NCBI RefSeq assembly: GCF_001194135.2
Contig: NC_068984.1
Span: forward strand, 15,941,389 to 16,005,388
Source of the DNA: Octopus bimaculoides
Taxonomy: Eukaryota
DNA: 64,000 nucleotides
Direction of reading: 5' to 3'
Shown here: piece after piece, positions 13,548 to 26,497 of the stretch
Layout: the number at the start of each line of letters is the position of its first letter
How positions within the stretch are numbered: the first letter of the stretch is position 1
Notes under the pieces: generated by a model
The model's input: the letters and a program-made list of their open reading frames with translations, nothing else
What the model was told of the DNA's origin: nothing
The model's database searches: none
Made by a program: the position numbers and the translations under genes

Positions 13548-14146
13548 CCTGTGCCCCTCCCCACCAATCATGACCACGATGGCAATGCCATGGAGAATGG
13601 CCAGCAGCATTCGCTGAAGAAGCCGCTCTACCTCATGGGGCTCATTTCTCAGACAGGCCACTGTTAGCTTGCTTACCAACCACATGGTTCCGGGTTCAGT
13701 CCCACTGCGTGGCACCTTGGGCTAGTGTCTTCTACTATAGCCTTGGGCCGACCAAAGCCTTGTGAGTGGATTTGGTAGATGGAAATTGAAAGAAGCCCGT
13801 CGTATATATGTATATATATATGTATGTGTGTGTATATGTTTGTGTGTCTGTGTTTGTCCCCCCCAACATTGCTTGACAACCGATGCTGGTGTGTTTACGT
13901 CTCCATAACTTAGTGGTTCGGCAAAAGAGACCAATAAAATAAGTACTAAGCTTACAAAGAATAAGTCCTGGGGCTGATTTGCTCGACTAAAGGCGGTGCT
14001 CCAGCATGGCCACAGTCAAATGACTGAAACAAGTAAAAGAGTAAAATTGGTAGTGTAGGGTCTGAGAACACCTGCAGTCTTGATGGCAATTGGCACAAAC
14101 TGATAGTAGCTGGTCAGGTCCCTGTATTTATTTAATTTTTCTCTCT
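13548..14146 (-). mobile_element. Decayed C-terminal restriction-like endonuclease region of a CRE-like non-LTR retrotransposon, split by a SINE
   Basis: REKLNKYRDLTSYYQFVPIAIKTAGVLRP (14146-14050) and KLTVACLRNEPHEVERLLQRMLLAILHGIA (13670-13580) match the KY..L...Y.FVPIA.ET.G and EPRE...L.QR.S.AI..GNA motifs as I recall them for CRE-type elements. Confidence 0.65.
13667..14046 (+). mobile_element. Family 1 SINE inserted in the CRE-like remnant
   Basis: Near full-length copy ending gtaaaagagtaaaa. Confidence 0.85.
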
Positions 14147-17100
14147 TTATTTTATCTTTAAATTGTTTTGCTTTTGATAAAATCACTGTTAGCAAAAGTC
14201 CTACAGAAAGCACCATACAGATTTCATATTGCTAAAAACAATTATGAAATACATTTTCTTCGTTAAGAGCTGCCCCCATGCAACAACATTAAACAAGAAC
14301 ACCTGGCAAATAAGGGAACGGTGATCATAGACAATTAAGAAAGGTGATAATATTAGTTGGCTTCCTTGTGAAAACAGAAAGAATCAAATAAATGTAAGTC
14401 TTAATAAAAAAAGGGGTGTGGAATTTTATCAAGTTGGGAAGTGAATGTTTAATAAATTGATGAGAGATAGTATCAACAAGGAGGTAATTGAAAGAAAATA
14501 TTTATATAATTATATACTGTGTCAGTGAGAAAAGAGAAAAAAATAAGGTAAAATATAGAGATATTTTGTTATTGAAGCAATTCTCGTCTCTGCCGGTTAT
14601 AAATAAGTGTTTTTGTAGGGCGCCAACTGACAATATGCTATAAAGTGTTTTAAATTCTCAAATAGAGGAAACATTTAATAAATTATTTCATATGCGATAA
14701 AAGCTAGCAATTATAACCATATGGTACATTATATGTTATATAAGTGTAGATAATTGCAGCGTTTATGCTACATATGCCTACTTTAGGCAGAGTTCAACTT
14801 TTATTTCCTGGCAGAAGGAGGCAATTAAGGAATACACGATGGGTACGTCAAGAAAATACATCACCTGCTAATTCTTACTGTGTGTGTGTGTAGAATGGTG
14901 TAGAGGAAATAGGTGACATATTTTCAATGACAATTTTGGGAACAAAAGTGTTGTTGGTTACAGGTTTCTAATAAACTGACCACTGGATCATTACATTTAT
15001 GATAGAAAGAGTAACAAGGGACTGTCTATGTATCTCAGTGGAATACCACAAGGTAGTTTTGTTTGACACATCAAATTATCTTTTACCACTAAACATCATT
15101 ATTCACACACACAAAACGGGTCTTTGCAGTTTCTACCTACAAGTTCTTATAAAAAAGAAAAAAAAAAAAACCCTTCCAATTGAGTTGCACCATTTTCGTG
15201 GCCACTAGCAGATCAAAGACAATCATTGCACATACAAAGCTAATATATCCCTTCTCCTGAACATGACTAGAAGGTAACAAGAACCCTCAACAGCCCCACA
15301 AATGCTAGGTCTCACAAACACTCAATATCTTTTATGGCAAATACATATCCTTAATTTAGCAAAGACTGCATAACAAAGGCTACTGGCCTTCCTCTTCAGG
15401 AACCAGAGAGTACTTTGACCTTCAACAACTATTAAACAATTACAAAGCTCAGGTGGGACCCATAATAGAATTCTGCTCTCACAATTAGAACATCCAGATA
15501 TTCTAGACTTCATATAGAAGAAAATTAAGAAAAAAAGAAAAAAAAAAGAAAACAAACAACCCCCACCACCCTAACTCCAGACTGATTGGCATAAAGTCAC
15601 TCCACCATCGACACACTCTAACCTCTGACTAACAGACATGCTTTTTGCCTTTTCTTTTGGTTCTACTGAGTTGACTGGTCTCGTGTCACAAACATCCAAG
15701 TATTTCCAACTCGTTCCTCTCCCCTCACTTATATTGTGTCCTCCATTTCCCTTCCTTAGCCTTGTACTATGTCCTCACCACTGCAGTCAATCCACACCAC
15801 TCTCAAGCAGCCCTCAGGAATTTTTTTCAATGCTGGCAGTTTTTTCTTGAAACCATCAACTTACAACCATGTATGAAGAACATCAACTGCATCAGTCCTG
15901 CCATTTTCAGAAGGCCTGTGATGGCCTCAGGCAAATCCCTTCTTCCAGATCAAACCAATTAAAAAGCAAAAAAAAAAAAAAAAAAAAAAAAAAAGCTCCA
16001 CTCAATCTGAGGGTATAAAGGACACTTGCTCAAAGTGCAGCATGATGGGATTGAACTTGAAAGCCTGTGGTTGCAAAACAAACTTTAAACCACACAGCCA
16101 TGCTTATTAAACTAAGCACTGAGCTTAGTTCACAATGTGGTAGTAATTCTTAGTTGTAACTATTGTACTTCACTAACATAAAAAATCGCGGCCACCACAG
16201 CTTTCGTTTCTCTTTCCTAAAGCACTTAAAATTTCCTGCCTAAGTGACAGAGAAAACAATGGAAAGCCATATCTAAAAAAACGTTATCAGACAGAGTCAT
16301 TGTAAGTTATATCTGGAAAGACACAATTTTATGAATGAATGGTAAAGATAGTCTCCACAATCTAAAAAAGGTTATCAAATACAGTCATAGTAATTTATGT
16401 CTGGAAGCATGGGTTTTATGAATGGATACTTACTGTTGTAAAGACTGAGTGGTGTTAATGTATGTCAGTTTGCTGAACAAAATTGAAACTGCCTGGATGT
16501 GGAAAATGAGCTGAATAATACGAAATAGAATCAATGGCTGTCATTGATGTTGTTTGATCCGTGATCAATCCATATCACATATTCCGATTATCAATGACAG
16601 CTCAACAATGACCCTCTCCAACCAGAAATATATTCTATTTTAGGGGTATTTAGGAACACATTATCTAATATGTCTTCCTCATTTTTAAGATGGTAGGGCA
16701 TTACTTGAGGGAAATTTGGCTGTTATTTCTAGTAAGGTGAATGACCACAAAAGGTTCTACATTGGTAGTTTTGCAGGGTAAAATGGTTATGGGCAGGAAT
16801 CTTTATATCATCAATAACAGAACCAAGAAATCAGTGAAAGAGTGTCTGTCCTGGATTAGGATTTGAACAGAAAGATTTAACTTTTCTCAACAAGTTTTCT
16901 TTATTAACCTTTATAGAAAGGGTCATACCTACAGTTTTTCATCTTGCTCTGATGAACTTTCTGGTACCCTCTGTCATTTGCTTATCTTCCCAGGTACGTA
17001 GTTTCTCTTTTGAGCTCCATGTTAGTCATAACTCTTTTTGTTCTAATAACTGTTTTTTCTCCTATTGCTGCTTTCTGGAACTCACCACCATCATTTTGTT

Positions 17101-18034
17101 TTACTCTGGTCTACGATATGTCCCTTACACTACAGTGGCCTCAACCCTTGCTTGCAAGGGGATTGACAAAGGGACAGTGATAGCCAAGGAAATTCAGATA
17201 GTCCTAACAGATCCTCCAAGAGTGGTGTGGTTAAACTTGAGCAGATTGATATTAGTATGTGACGGTGTCATGTAAAAAGCACCCAGTACACTCTGCAAAG
17301 TGGTTAGCATTAAGAAAGGCATCCAGCTGTAGAAACCAAGCCAAAACAGACTTTGGAACCTGGTGTGGCTCCTGGCTTTGCCAGTTCCTGTCAAGTCATC
17401 AAACGTATGCCTGCATGGAAAATGGACATTAAATGTTGATGATATCTGTAGAGGAAAATATGTGGGTAATAGGTAAGGAATTTTAAAGTAATGTATCTGA
17501 GGCCAAAAAAGACTTGGCTGTGAAGAGAAGACCAAACACAGCAAGGCAGAGCGAAGGCAGATACAGCAAAATGTGAGATTCAGTATTTGGTTTGTGTCTT
17601 GGATAGGGAACTGAGACACTCCTGCCTCATTTAGTAAGAGAAAAAGTTAAAAGAGAAATATGATTTGTTGGCAGAATAACAGATCTTCATAGACAAAACC
17701 AAATATTGTCTTCACTTTTATCTTTCACTTTTATCCTTTATTGAACTGTGACCACATGGGGCACCCCTCTGAAGGGTTTAGTTGCATGAATTGACTCCAG
17801 TACTAATTCCTAAGTTTGGCACTTATTCTATTGATCACTTTTGAACACTATCTGTCGAGCATTGGTGGGGACTAAAAGCACACAAACAGACAAGTTTTCA
17901 CACAATTTCTGTCTTCCAAATTCACTCACAAGGAATTGGTCACCTCAGTGCCATAGTACGAGACACTTGGTCAAAGTGCCAAGCTATGTAACTAAACTTG
18001 AAAGCATCTTAACGACACAACTACGCCTGTGTCA

Positions 18035-18218
18035 AGTCATTTGACTGTGGCCATGCTGGAGCACCGCCTTTAGTTGAGAAAATTGACCCCAGGATTTATT
18101 CTTTGGATGCCTAGTACTTATTCTATTGGTCTTTTTGCTGAACTGCTAATTTACGGGGATGTAAACACACCACCATCGGTTGTCAAGTGATGTTGGGGGG
18201 ACAAATACAGACACACAA

Positions 18219-18258
<40 letters not shown>

Positions 18259-18421
18259 GACGGGCTTCTCTCAGTTTCCGTCTACCAAATCCACTCACAA
18301 GGCTTTGATCGGCCCGAGGCTATAGTAGAAGACACTTGTCCAAGGTGCCACACAGCGGGAATGAACCCGGAATCATGTGGTTGGTGAGCAAGCTACTTAC
18401 CACACAGCCACTCCTGCACCT
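18035..18421 (-). mobile_element. Family 1 SINE
   Basis: Full-length copy with central (TA)n. Confidence 0.85.
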
Positions 18422-18639
18422 ATTTAACAATTTATAGAAAATAAAATTTACCATTTTGCAGTTCATCTGCAACCCTCATTGGAACTGTACTACAAGTAAT
18501 AATTCCATTGTTCATATCAACATGTAATAAATGTATTTCTTTTAATACAGTGGTTAAACTCATAAATGTCAAGTCATTAGACAACAAGCACAATGAAAGA
18601 GTAGCGTCTATATGTTTACTCAATCTGCTAGAAATAGCA

Positions 18640-18925
18640 ACCAAATTTCTCTATGGTCACATCGACTAATGTGATCCTGGATATGCTGTCTGAAAATAAG
18701 TGGGATGGTCAAGGCTGTTAGACCTTTGATCAAGGCAGTCCTGGACTAAACAACAACAACAATACTCAACTAATTGCTAACTCAGTCTGCTAGAAATAGC
18801 AGCTACATCTTCCTCTGTTGTCATGTTAGCTAATGTAATCCTAAAAATACTATGTCTCAAAACAGATGGGATGGTCATGCCTTTGATCAGAGCAGTCCTG
18901 AGCCTAAACAACAACAACAACAACA
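18640..18925 (+). repeat. Two tandem copies of an (AAC)n-tailed interspersed repeat
   Basis: tctgctagaaatagca...cctttgatc...cagtcctg..ctaaacaacaacaac occurs twice; fragments of this family recur across the window. Confidence 0.7.
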
Positions 18926-19082
18926 AAATGATCTGATATTTGCTTGATGTAAGTCTGACAAGAAGGAAGAGAATGGGTATGAGCACTGTGTTGACTCATC
19001 AGAATATATTATGTATAATAGAAACACACTGAAGTCATTGCAGTTGGTTAATAAGAAGAAGAAGAAAGCAATTTCAGTTTAG

Positions 19083-19181
19083 TTGTGGAGATGTCAGTTG
19101 TGACAGACTGTTTTACCAGGACTGGAACAACTGGTGCTATCAATGAATGTTCAGTCATTCGTTGTAATAAAAGACGGAATG
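19083..19181 (+). CDS. Candidate exon of gene B (VEMSVVTDCFTRTGTTGAINECSVIRCNKRRN)
   Basis: tttcagtttag| acceptor, AATG|gtgaga donor, 99 nt open, phase 1 to 1. Confidence 0.4.
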
Positions 19182-19204
19182 GTGAGAAGTTCTTTAAGTG
19201 TAGA

Positions 19205-19830
19205 GTGTCTTGAGAGAGGGAAGGAGGGAGAGGTAGAAGGAGAGGCAGGGAGAGGGAGAGAAAGGAGAGAAAGGAGAGAGCAGATAGAGGAGAGAGAGAT
19301 GGAGAGAGAGGAGAAAGAGAGATGGAGAGGGGAGAGAGATGGAAGAGGAAGAGAGATAGAGGGGGAGAGAGAGAGAGACAGAGAGAGAAGGAGAGAGAAA
19401 GAAAGAGAGAGGAGAGAGAGAGGAGAAAGACAGAGAGAGGAGAGAGAGAGAAGGAGAGAGACAGAGAGAGGAGAAAGAGAGGAGAGAGACAGAGGAGGAG
19501 AGACAGGGAGAGGAGGAAAGGAGAGAGAAAAAAGGAGAGAGAGATAGAGATAGAAGAGAGAGAAGAGTTAGAATCAGAGAATGTGTGTATATGAGAGGGA
19601 GAATGAGGAGAAAGAGAGAAAAGAAATAGAGATTGAATGGAAAAAATGAAGAGAAAGAAAGTGAAAAGAATGAAAGAAAGAAAAAATTGAAAAAGAGAAA
19701 AGTACCAGGAAAGAAAGAAAGAAAGAGAAAAGAGTAGGAAAGGAAAAGGAGAGAAAGTGAAAGAAAAAGGAAAGAGAGTAGAAAGAGAGAATAGGTGAGA
19801 GAAAGAAAGAGGAAAAGATGTAGATAGAGA
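19205..19830 (+). repeat. GA-rich low-complexity tract
   Basis: Near-pure purine tract; explains the ORFs at 19134-19892. Confidence 0.95.
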
Positions 19831-20104
19831 AACAGAATGTGTCTTTGTGAAAGTAATAAGATCTTGTAGTAGTTAGCTTTGGTAGATACCATATATTAAA
19901 GATTTCCTGACACCACTAATGGAAAAACACTTTTAACAATACACTTTAAATTTCATATTTCACAGCCTAACTTGCAGACATATTACAAAAGATAACTTAG
20001 ACATTACATACTTTTTATTATTTCATACGTTTTTTTTTTTTTTCTCCTTCACGAAAGAATAAAACAAAATAAAAATAAAACTACTCGTTTATTCATATGA
20101 AGTT

Positions 20105-20520
20105 TATATAATACAACGAGAGATATTGCTGACGTCTTCATAATTAGAAACCTGGAGATTGCTGAAGTCTTATATAATACAAACCTAGAGATTGCTGTAA
20201 TCTATATAACAGAAACCTACAGATTACTGAAGTCTGTATAAATACAATCCAAGACATTACTGTCGTCTGTATTATACAACCCCAGAGATTGCTTAAGCCA
20301 ATATAATATAAACCTACACATTACTGCAGTCTATACAACACAAATCTAAAAGCTGCTGTTGTCTTATATAATACAAACCAAGAGATTTCTATACTTTCAT
20401 ATAATACAAGCTTAGAAGATTGCTGTAGTCTTTAAGACAAACCTAGAGATTTTGCTGAAGTCTGTATAACAAACCTAGAGCCTGCTGTGGTTTATATAAT
20501 ACAAACCTAAACATTGCTGA
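20105..20520 (+). repeat. Degenerate minisatellite, about 33-bp unit (tatataatacaaacctagagattgctgaagtc), roughly a dozen copies
   Basis: Recurrent tataatacaaacctagagattgctg motif. Confidence 0.85.
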
Positions 20521-20539
20521 AACACATATTATATATCTA

Positions 20540-20900
20540 TCTTTTACTAGTTTCAGCCATTAAGACTGTGGCCATGCTGGGGCACTGCCTTGAAAAATAT
20601 TAGTTACATGAATCGACTCCAGTACATGTATTTTTAAGTTCGGCACTTATTTTATCTGTGTCTCTTGCTGAACTGCTAAGTTATGGGGATGTAAACACAC
20701 CAACACCAGTTGTCAAGTGGTGGTGAGAAACAAAAGGCACACACACAAACACGACAGGCTTCTTTCAATTTCCTTCTACCAAATCCATTCACAAGGGTTT
20801 GGTCAGCCCGAAACTATAGTAGAAGACACTTGCTCAACATGACATGCAGTAAAACTGACCCTGGAACCATGTGGTTGGGAAGCAAACTTCTCACCATACA
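20540..20900 (-). mobile_element. Family 1 SINE
   Basis: Diverged copy with the same modules. Confidence 0.75.
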
Positions 20901-20926
20901 CACACACACATATATATATATATATA

Positions 20927-21192
20927 TGGACTGGCTCCTGTGCAGGTGGCACATAAAAAACACCACTTGAACGTGGCCGTTGCCAGTACTGCCTAGCTGG
21001 CCCTCGTGCCGGTGGCACGTTAAAGCACCCACTACACTCTTGGAGTGGTTGGCGTTAGGGAGGGCATCCAGCTGTAGAAACTCTGGCAGATCAGATTGGA
21101 GCCTGGTGCAGCCATCTGGTTCGCCAGTCCTCAGTCAAATCATCCAACCCATGCTAGCATGGAAAGCGGACGTTAAACGATGATGATGATGA
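20927..21192 (+). mobile_element. Family 2 SINE
   Basis: Ends ggaaagcggacgttaaacgatgatgatgatg. Confidence 0.85.
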
Positions 21193-22748
21193 TATATGTA
21201 TGTATGCCGACCTGAAGTTATGGAGGTCAGAAACACAGATAAAGAGAACACACACACACACATACAGGCTTCTGCATAGTTTCTATCTTCCAAACTCACT
21301 CGCAAAGCTTTGGTTGGCCTGGAAATATAGCAGAAGTGACTTGCTAAAGTTCCACACAGTGGTATTGAACCTGAAACTACATGGTTGCACAGTAAGCTTC
21401 TTAACACACAACCATGCCAAGCATTCCAGTCATGACCATCCCAGTATATTTGCAAAATGAATCTAGGATTGCATAATTCGATATCCTTCCATTTATAAGT
21501 TGGTAACAAGTGATTTGGAAGAATTTTAGCCACTATTTTTAGAAGGTTTAGTATCCCTGTAGCAACTCCTTTATTGGCAAGAGAAAGTCTTGAGCAGAGG
21601 AGATAAAGAACTAGGCAGATATATGAAGATTAAGAAGGGATTACAAAAGTTATAATTTAGGAATTAACACCAATAGAAAGTTTTGAAATCTTGGTAACAA
21701 ACTTTAATCCAAATACGGCTTTCTTTTGATCAAGCTAATTTACATCCCGTTCCAGAATGATATAATTAGTTACAAGCTTGTAATTCATCTCATTAACCTC
21801 AAAAGGATGGAAAGTAAAGTTGATTCTAGAAAGATTTGAATTTAAAATGCAGATGGACAAAACTAAGTACTGAAAAACCTAGAGTCTGACATCAATATTT
21901 TGGCCAATACCATTTTTATCTTTTACTTGTGTCAGTCACTGGACTGTGGTCATGCTGGGGCACTGCCTTGAAAGGTTTTAACTGAATTGAGACCTTAGTA
22001 CTTATATTTTTTAAAAGTCTGGGACTTACTCTATAGGTCTCTTTTACCAAATCACTAAGTCATAGAGGGTGTAAATAAACCAACACAAGCTATCAAGCAG
22101 CACGAGGAGGTGATAAACACACAAAAATGGGCTTCCACACAGTTTTCATTCTAAATTCACTCACAAGACACTGGGCAATAGTAGAAGACACTTGCCAAAG
22201 TGTGCTGTACAGTGGGACTGAACCCGAGACCACATTGTGGGGAAGTAAACCACGAGTTTCTTATAAGCACACAGCCATGTCTTATTTTATCTAAAAGACT
22301 ACTTACTATTTCTGTATTTGTGCAAAAACCATAAAAGCTACCAAAACTGGAATATCAACTCTAACGAATGCAATACGTTTTAAACATTTTAACTTTGATT
22401 ATAATGGCATTCTCTCAAAACATTTAACAGATCTGTTTCCAGAAAACAGACATTTATTTCTTACCAATCTTATTTTGCACAAAAAACAAAATGTCTTTGC
22501 GAACTTGCAGTCTTAACCCAAATTCGCATGTGACATAAACAAGACTAGGTCTGTTGGTTTAATGAATCAATCAACATTACAACAATATATTGTATATTTG
22601 TAACTGAACTAAAATACAATCCACAGGTCGAAAGGAAGATTGACTAGAATGTTAACTTTATTAATATGACATTTCCCAGCTCCATTTTGATTTCCACTCA
22701 ACAGTTCTTATAAATGTTTCTTTATTGATCAGTTCATGTTTGTCACTG

Positions 22749-22810
<62 letters not shown>

Positions 22811-23040
22811 GCACACACACAAGTGTATGTATGTGTGCATGAGTATGTATGTGGGTGTATATATATATCTATCTTTCACTTGTTTCAGTCACTGGACTGC
22901 GGCCATAGTGGAGCACTGCTTTGAAGGGTTTAGTCAAACAAATGGACTTCAATACTTATGCTTTCGGTCTCTATTGCTGAACCAATAAATAAATTACAGG
23001 GTTGTAAACAAACCAACACCTATTGTGAAGCAGGGATGAT

Positions 23041-23072
<32 letters not shown>

Positions 23073-23155
23073 CATATAATCTGGAATACAAGATAGCTGG
23101 TCAGTCTGCTACAACACCAATTAAACCATGCTACTCATAATGAAATTCCCCAAAG

Positions 23156-23273
23156 CAAGCCAATGTAATCTGGATAATAAATCTGAAGCAAAATATCAGA
23201 AACTTGAACTACAGAATCAGACATTCAGATACGATCACAAGATGTCCACTGAACACAACAGCCAAGCTACACC
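23156..23273 (+). CDS. Candidate exon of gene B (SQCNLDNKSEAKYQKLELQNQTFRYDHKMSTEHNSQAT)
   Basis: Strong |gtaaga donor at 23274; weak ttccccaaag| acceptor; phase 1 to 2. Confidence 0.3.
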
Positions 23274-23820
23274 GTAAGATAAAAGGGATTATATACGATA
23301 TGCACAAGGGAAAATTAATAACTTTAAATCATGAACTCAGGACCTTGCCTTGGGTAAGAAACTTCTTTATTGAAACGATATCAATAAACCATCGTTAAGC
23401 GTAAATTTGCCTTTAAGCTACAAATTGTGTGCCAACAAATGAAAGAAAACATCTCTTAGATCATTTTGGTCTCAGGCCTGGAATTAAAAGGATTCCAGCT
23501 ATAATATATATATATCATGGTTGAATACAATCAGGAAGGAATATTGTAGAAACATCAACAGTGAGGAGTACAACTATTGATTCGTAAATGTTCAGTAAAT
23601 CTGTGGTGGAAAGCTGAATAAAGAGAAAATAGTTGGATACTGAATGTCACTCGCACGTATGGCTAAGTAAACTATGGAAGGCCAAAATCGACATCAAACT
23701 GGTATATTGTTTTCATTTTGTAACCACGATTGAAAATATTGATTATGTCACATCTGTGACAATATTACACAGGATTAGCAGATGCTTCGAAATATCATCA
23801 AGGTTATACCTTCATAAGTA

Positions 23821-24161
23821 GCTGTTGTTGGCACTCCGTCGCTAACGACGTCGAGGGTTCCAGTTGATCCGATCAACGGAACAGCCTGCTCGTGAAATTA
23901 ACGTGCAAGTGGCTGAACACTCCACAGAGTGTGACAAGGCTGGCCCTTTGAAATACAGGTATAACAGAAACAGGAAGAAAGAGTGAGAGGAAGTTGTGGT
24001 GAAAGAGTACAGCAGGGTTCGCCACCACCCCCTGCCGGAGCCCCGTGGAGCTTTGAGTGTTTTCACTCAATAAACACTCACAACGCCCCGGTCTGGGAAT
24101 CGAAACCGCGATCCTATGACCGCGAGTCCGCTGCCCTCACCACTGGGCCATTGCGCCTCCA
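23821..24161 (-). mobile_element. tRNA-derived SINE with (AAC) tail (family 3); well-preserved head
   Basis: Head GGAGGCGCAATGGCCCAGTGGTGAGGGCAGCGGACTCGCGGTCATAGGATCGCGGTTTCGATTCCC with Pol III A/B boxes and a TCG anticodon-like loop (tRNA-Arg-like); tail gagtgccaacaacagc. Confidence 0.85.
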
Positions 24162-24203
24162 CTTCATAAGTAGCAGGACGTTACTAAAACAATAGGTATT
24201 GTG

Positions 24204-24645
24204 CAGGTATGGCTGCGTGGTTAAAACGCTTGCTTTGTAACCATGTAATTTTAGACTCAGTCACACTGTGTGGCACCTAGGGCAAGTGTCTTCTTCTATA
24301 GCCCTAGGCTGATGAAGACGTTGAAAACTATGGAAGCCTGTGTGGAACTGTGTGATTGTATATAATCACTCTGTTGAACTCCTAGTGTGAAACCGATTAG
24401 TAAGATTGGCCAGAATGGGTATACGTATAATACACTTTGATTAATGTGTGTGTTTTTGTGTTTGTCACCAGCATCAATTGACAACCAGTGTTGGTTTGTC
24501 TATATCCCTGTAACTCAGCAGTTCAGCAAAAGACCAACAGAACAAATACCAGACTAAATAAGTACTGGAATTGATTTGGTTGCTTAAACCCTTTAACAAG
24601 ATGCCCAGCATGGCTGCAGTCCAATGACTGAAACAAGCAAAATAA
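24204..24645 (+). mobile_element. Family 1 SINE (diverged)
   Basis: Head gcaggtatggctgcgtggt, core gggcaagtgtcttcttctatagcc, tail gactgaaacaagcaaaa. Confidence 0.7.
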
Positions 24646-24659
24646 AAAAAAAAAGAATG

Positions 24660-25362
24660 TTATCTGAAAATTACCTTGAGATAAATATTGGTTTCAAATT
24701 TTGGCACAAGGCTAAGAAGTTCAGAGGAGGGATAAGTCAATTATATTGAACCCAGTGTTCAACTGGTACTTAATTTATCGAACCCGAAAGGATGAAAGGC
24801 AAAGTCAACCTCAGCAGAATTTGAACTCAGAATGTAAAGACAGACGAAATACTGCTAAGCATTTTGCCTGGCGTGCTAATGTTTCTCATCTCTTTATTGC
24901 CCACAGGTGGCTAAACATAGAGGGGACAAACAAGGACAGACAAAGGGATTAAGTCGATTACATCAACCCCAGTGCGTAACTGGTACTTAATTTATCGACC
25001 CCAAAAGGACGAAAGGCAAAGTCGACCTTGGTGGAATTTGAACTCAGAACATAATGGCAGACGAAATACTGCTAAGCATTTCACCCGGTGTGCTAACGTT
25101 TCTGCCAGCTCACCACCTTANNNNNNNNNNTCTTTATTGCCCACAGGTGGCTAAACATAGAGGGGACAAACAAGGACAGACAAAGGGATTAAGTCGATTA
25201 CATCAACCCCAGTGCGTAACTGGTACTTAATTTATCGACCCCAAAAGGACGAAAGGCAAAGTCGACCTTGGTGGAATTTGAACTCAGAACATAATGGCAG
25301 ACGAAATACTGCTAAGCATTTCACCCGGTGTGCTAACGTTTCTGCCAGCTCACCACCTTAAC
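24660..25362 (-). mobile_element. Cluster of tRNA-head family 4 SINEs (ggtggtgagctggcagaaacgttagcac... type)
   Basis: A diverged copy at 24660-24890 plus the copy 24891-25120, repeated at 25131-25360 across a 10-N gap; other copies near 40208-40405 and 43750-43900. Confidence 0.8.
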
Positions 25363-25398
25363 CTTGGGATAAATATTAGAAGCATTTTTGACATTTAG

Positions 25399-25592
25399 GA
25401 CATCCATATGTTTTAAGACAAAGAATAGTGGAAGAAAATTCTTTCATAGATGTTTGGAACAGGAAATAAAAGTCCAGCAGATGTTAACATTTCATTCAAA
25501 ATCAGCGGGGAAAGAACATTTAAAGGCAACTGCCTTAAAACATAAAACTTCACCACCCAGATTATACAGTCACATAATTATTGACACACTTG
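25399..25592 (+). CDS. Candidate exon of gene B (TSICFKTKNSGRKFFHRC...HIIIDTL)
   Basis: ORF 25388..25612; catttttgacatttag| acceptor, |gttatg donor (weak); phase 2 to 1. Confidence 0.25.
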
Positions 25593-25962
25593 GTTATGTT
25601 ACTAAAATATAGAGGCGACAATCTTTAAGAGTTGGAGTTTTCAGACAAATGAAATAATGATCATTTAACATATATTCCAGAAATTTGATATAAGTGGGAC
25701 AATAAAAATATGCAAAGCATTTTTAAAGTTCAGCATGTAACTTCTATAGTGTAAATTCAAACATGGTTAGATTTCTTAGAAGCCAGCCTTTTCTTAATGA
25801 ATTCGAAGAATTTATATATTAATTCTTTGAATTCGTTGTTTCAAAAGAGGCTAGCTTTATATAAAATGTAAAGGAATAAGGATTTGGAATCCAGGCAAGT
25901 ACCTTATTAGCATTCAGATATAATCCAGATGTGGTTAACCACATCAATAATAGGGAACATAT

Positions 25963-26296
25963 GCGGGTTCAGTCCCACTGCGTGGCACCTTGGGCAAGTG
26001 TCTTCTACTATAGCCTCAGGCCGACCAAAGCCTTGTGAGTGGATTTGGTAGACGGAAACTGAAAGAAGCCAGTCGTATATATATATATAAATATGTGTGT
26101 ATATGTTTGCGTGTCTGTGTTTGTCCCCCAACATCGCTTGACAACTGATGCTGGTGTGTTTACATCCCCATCACTTAGCAGTTCAGCAAGAGAGACCGAT
26201 AGAATAAGTACTAGGCTTACAAAGAATAAGTTCTGGGGTTGATTTGCTTGACTAAAGGCAGTGCTCCAGCATGGCCGCAGTCAAATGACTGAAAAG
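25963..26296 (+). mobile_element. Family 1 SINE (5'-truncated)
   Basis: gggttcagtcccactgcgtggcaccttgggcaagtg ... gactgaaaaga. Confidence 0.85.
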
Positions 26297-26349
26297 AATG
26301 AAAGAATTATACCATCTTGATTACATATTTTGGATGCTTTATGATGTCT

Positions 26350-26401
<52 letters not shown>

Positions 26402-26427
26402 CATAACGAGATATTTGGAAAATGTAG

Positions 26428-26497
26428 GCGATGACCTCAGTCATCACTCCTGTGAAGTCCAGGCTAAAAGGGGTGTACAGAAAAGGAAAACAATCAG
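26428..26497 (+). CDS. Candidate exon of gene B (DDLSHHSCEVQAKRGVQKRKTI)
   Basis: CAG|gtaaaa donor; weak acceptor after a (TG)n tract; phase 1 to 2. Overlaps a competing minus-strand acceptor at 26463. Confidence 0.25.

Noticed and set aside
14265-14852. Additional plus-strand exon candidates (donor at about 14393; 14825-14852)
   Set aside because: Stops or phase conflicts prevent fitting them into the exon chain.
19134-19892. ORFs of 137, 232 and 90 aa
   Set aside because: Translation of a GA-rich low-complexity tract.
24085-24161. tRNA-like sequence with A/B boxes
   Set aside because: It continues directly into a SINE body and has no closing acceptor stem, so it is a SINE head rather than a tRNA gene. 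The same applies to 29011-29080 and the family 1 heads.
24309-24330. CTGATGA...GAAA motif
   Set aside because: A diverged part of a family 1 SINE with no supporting stems.
24891-25360. Exact 230-bp direct duplication
   Set aside because: The copies abut a 10-N join (25121-25130), which indicates an unmerged contig overlap. The same applies at 1373-1382 and 48434-48443.
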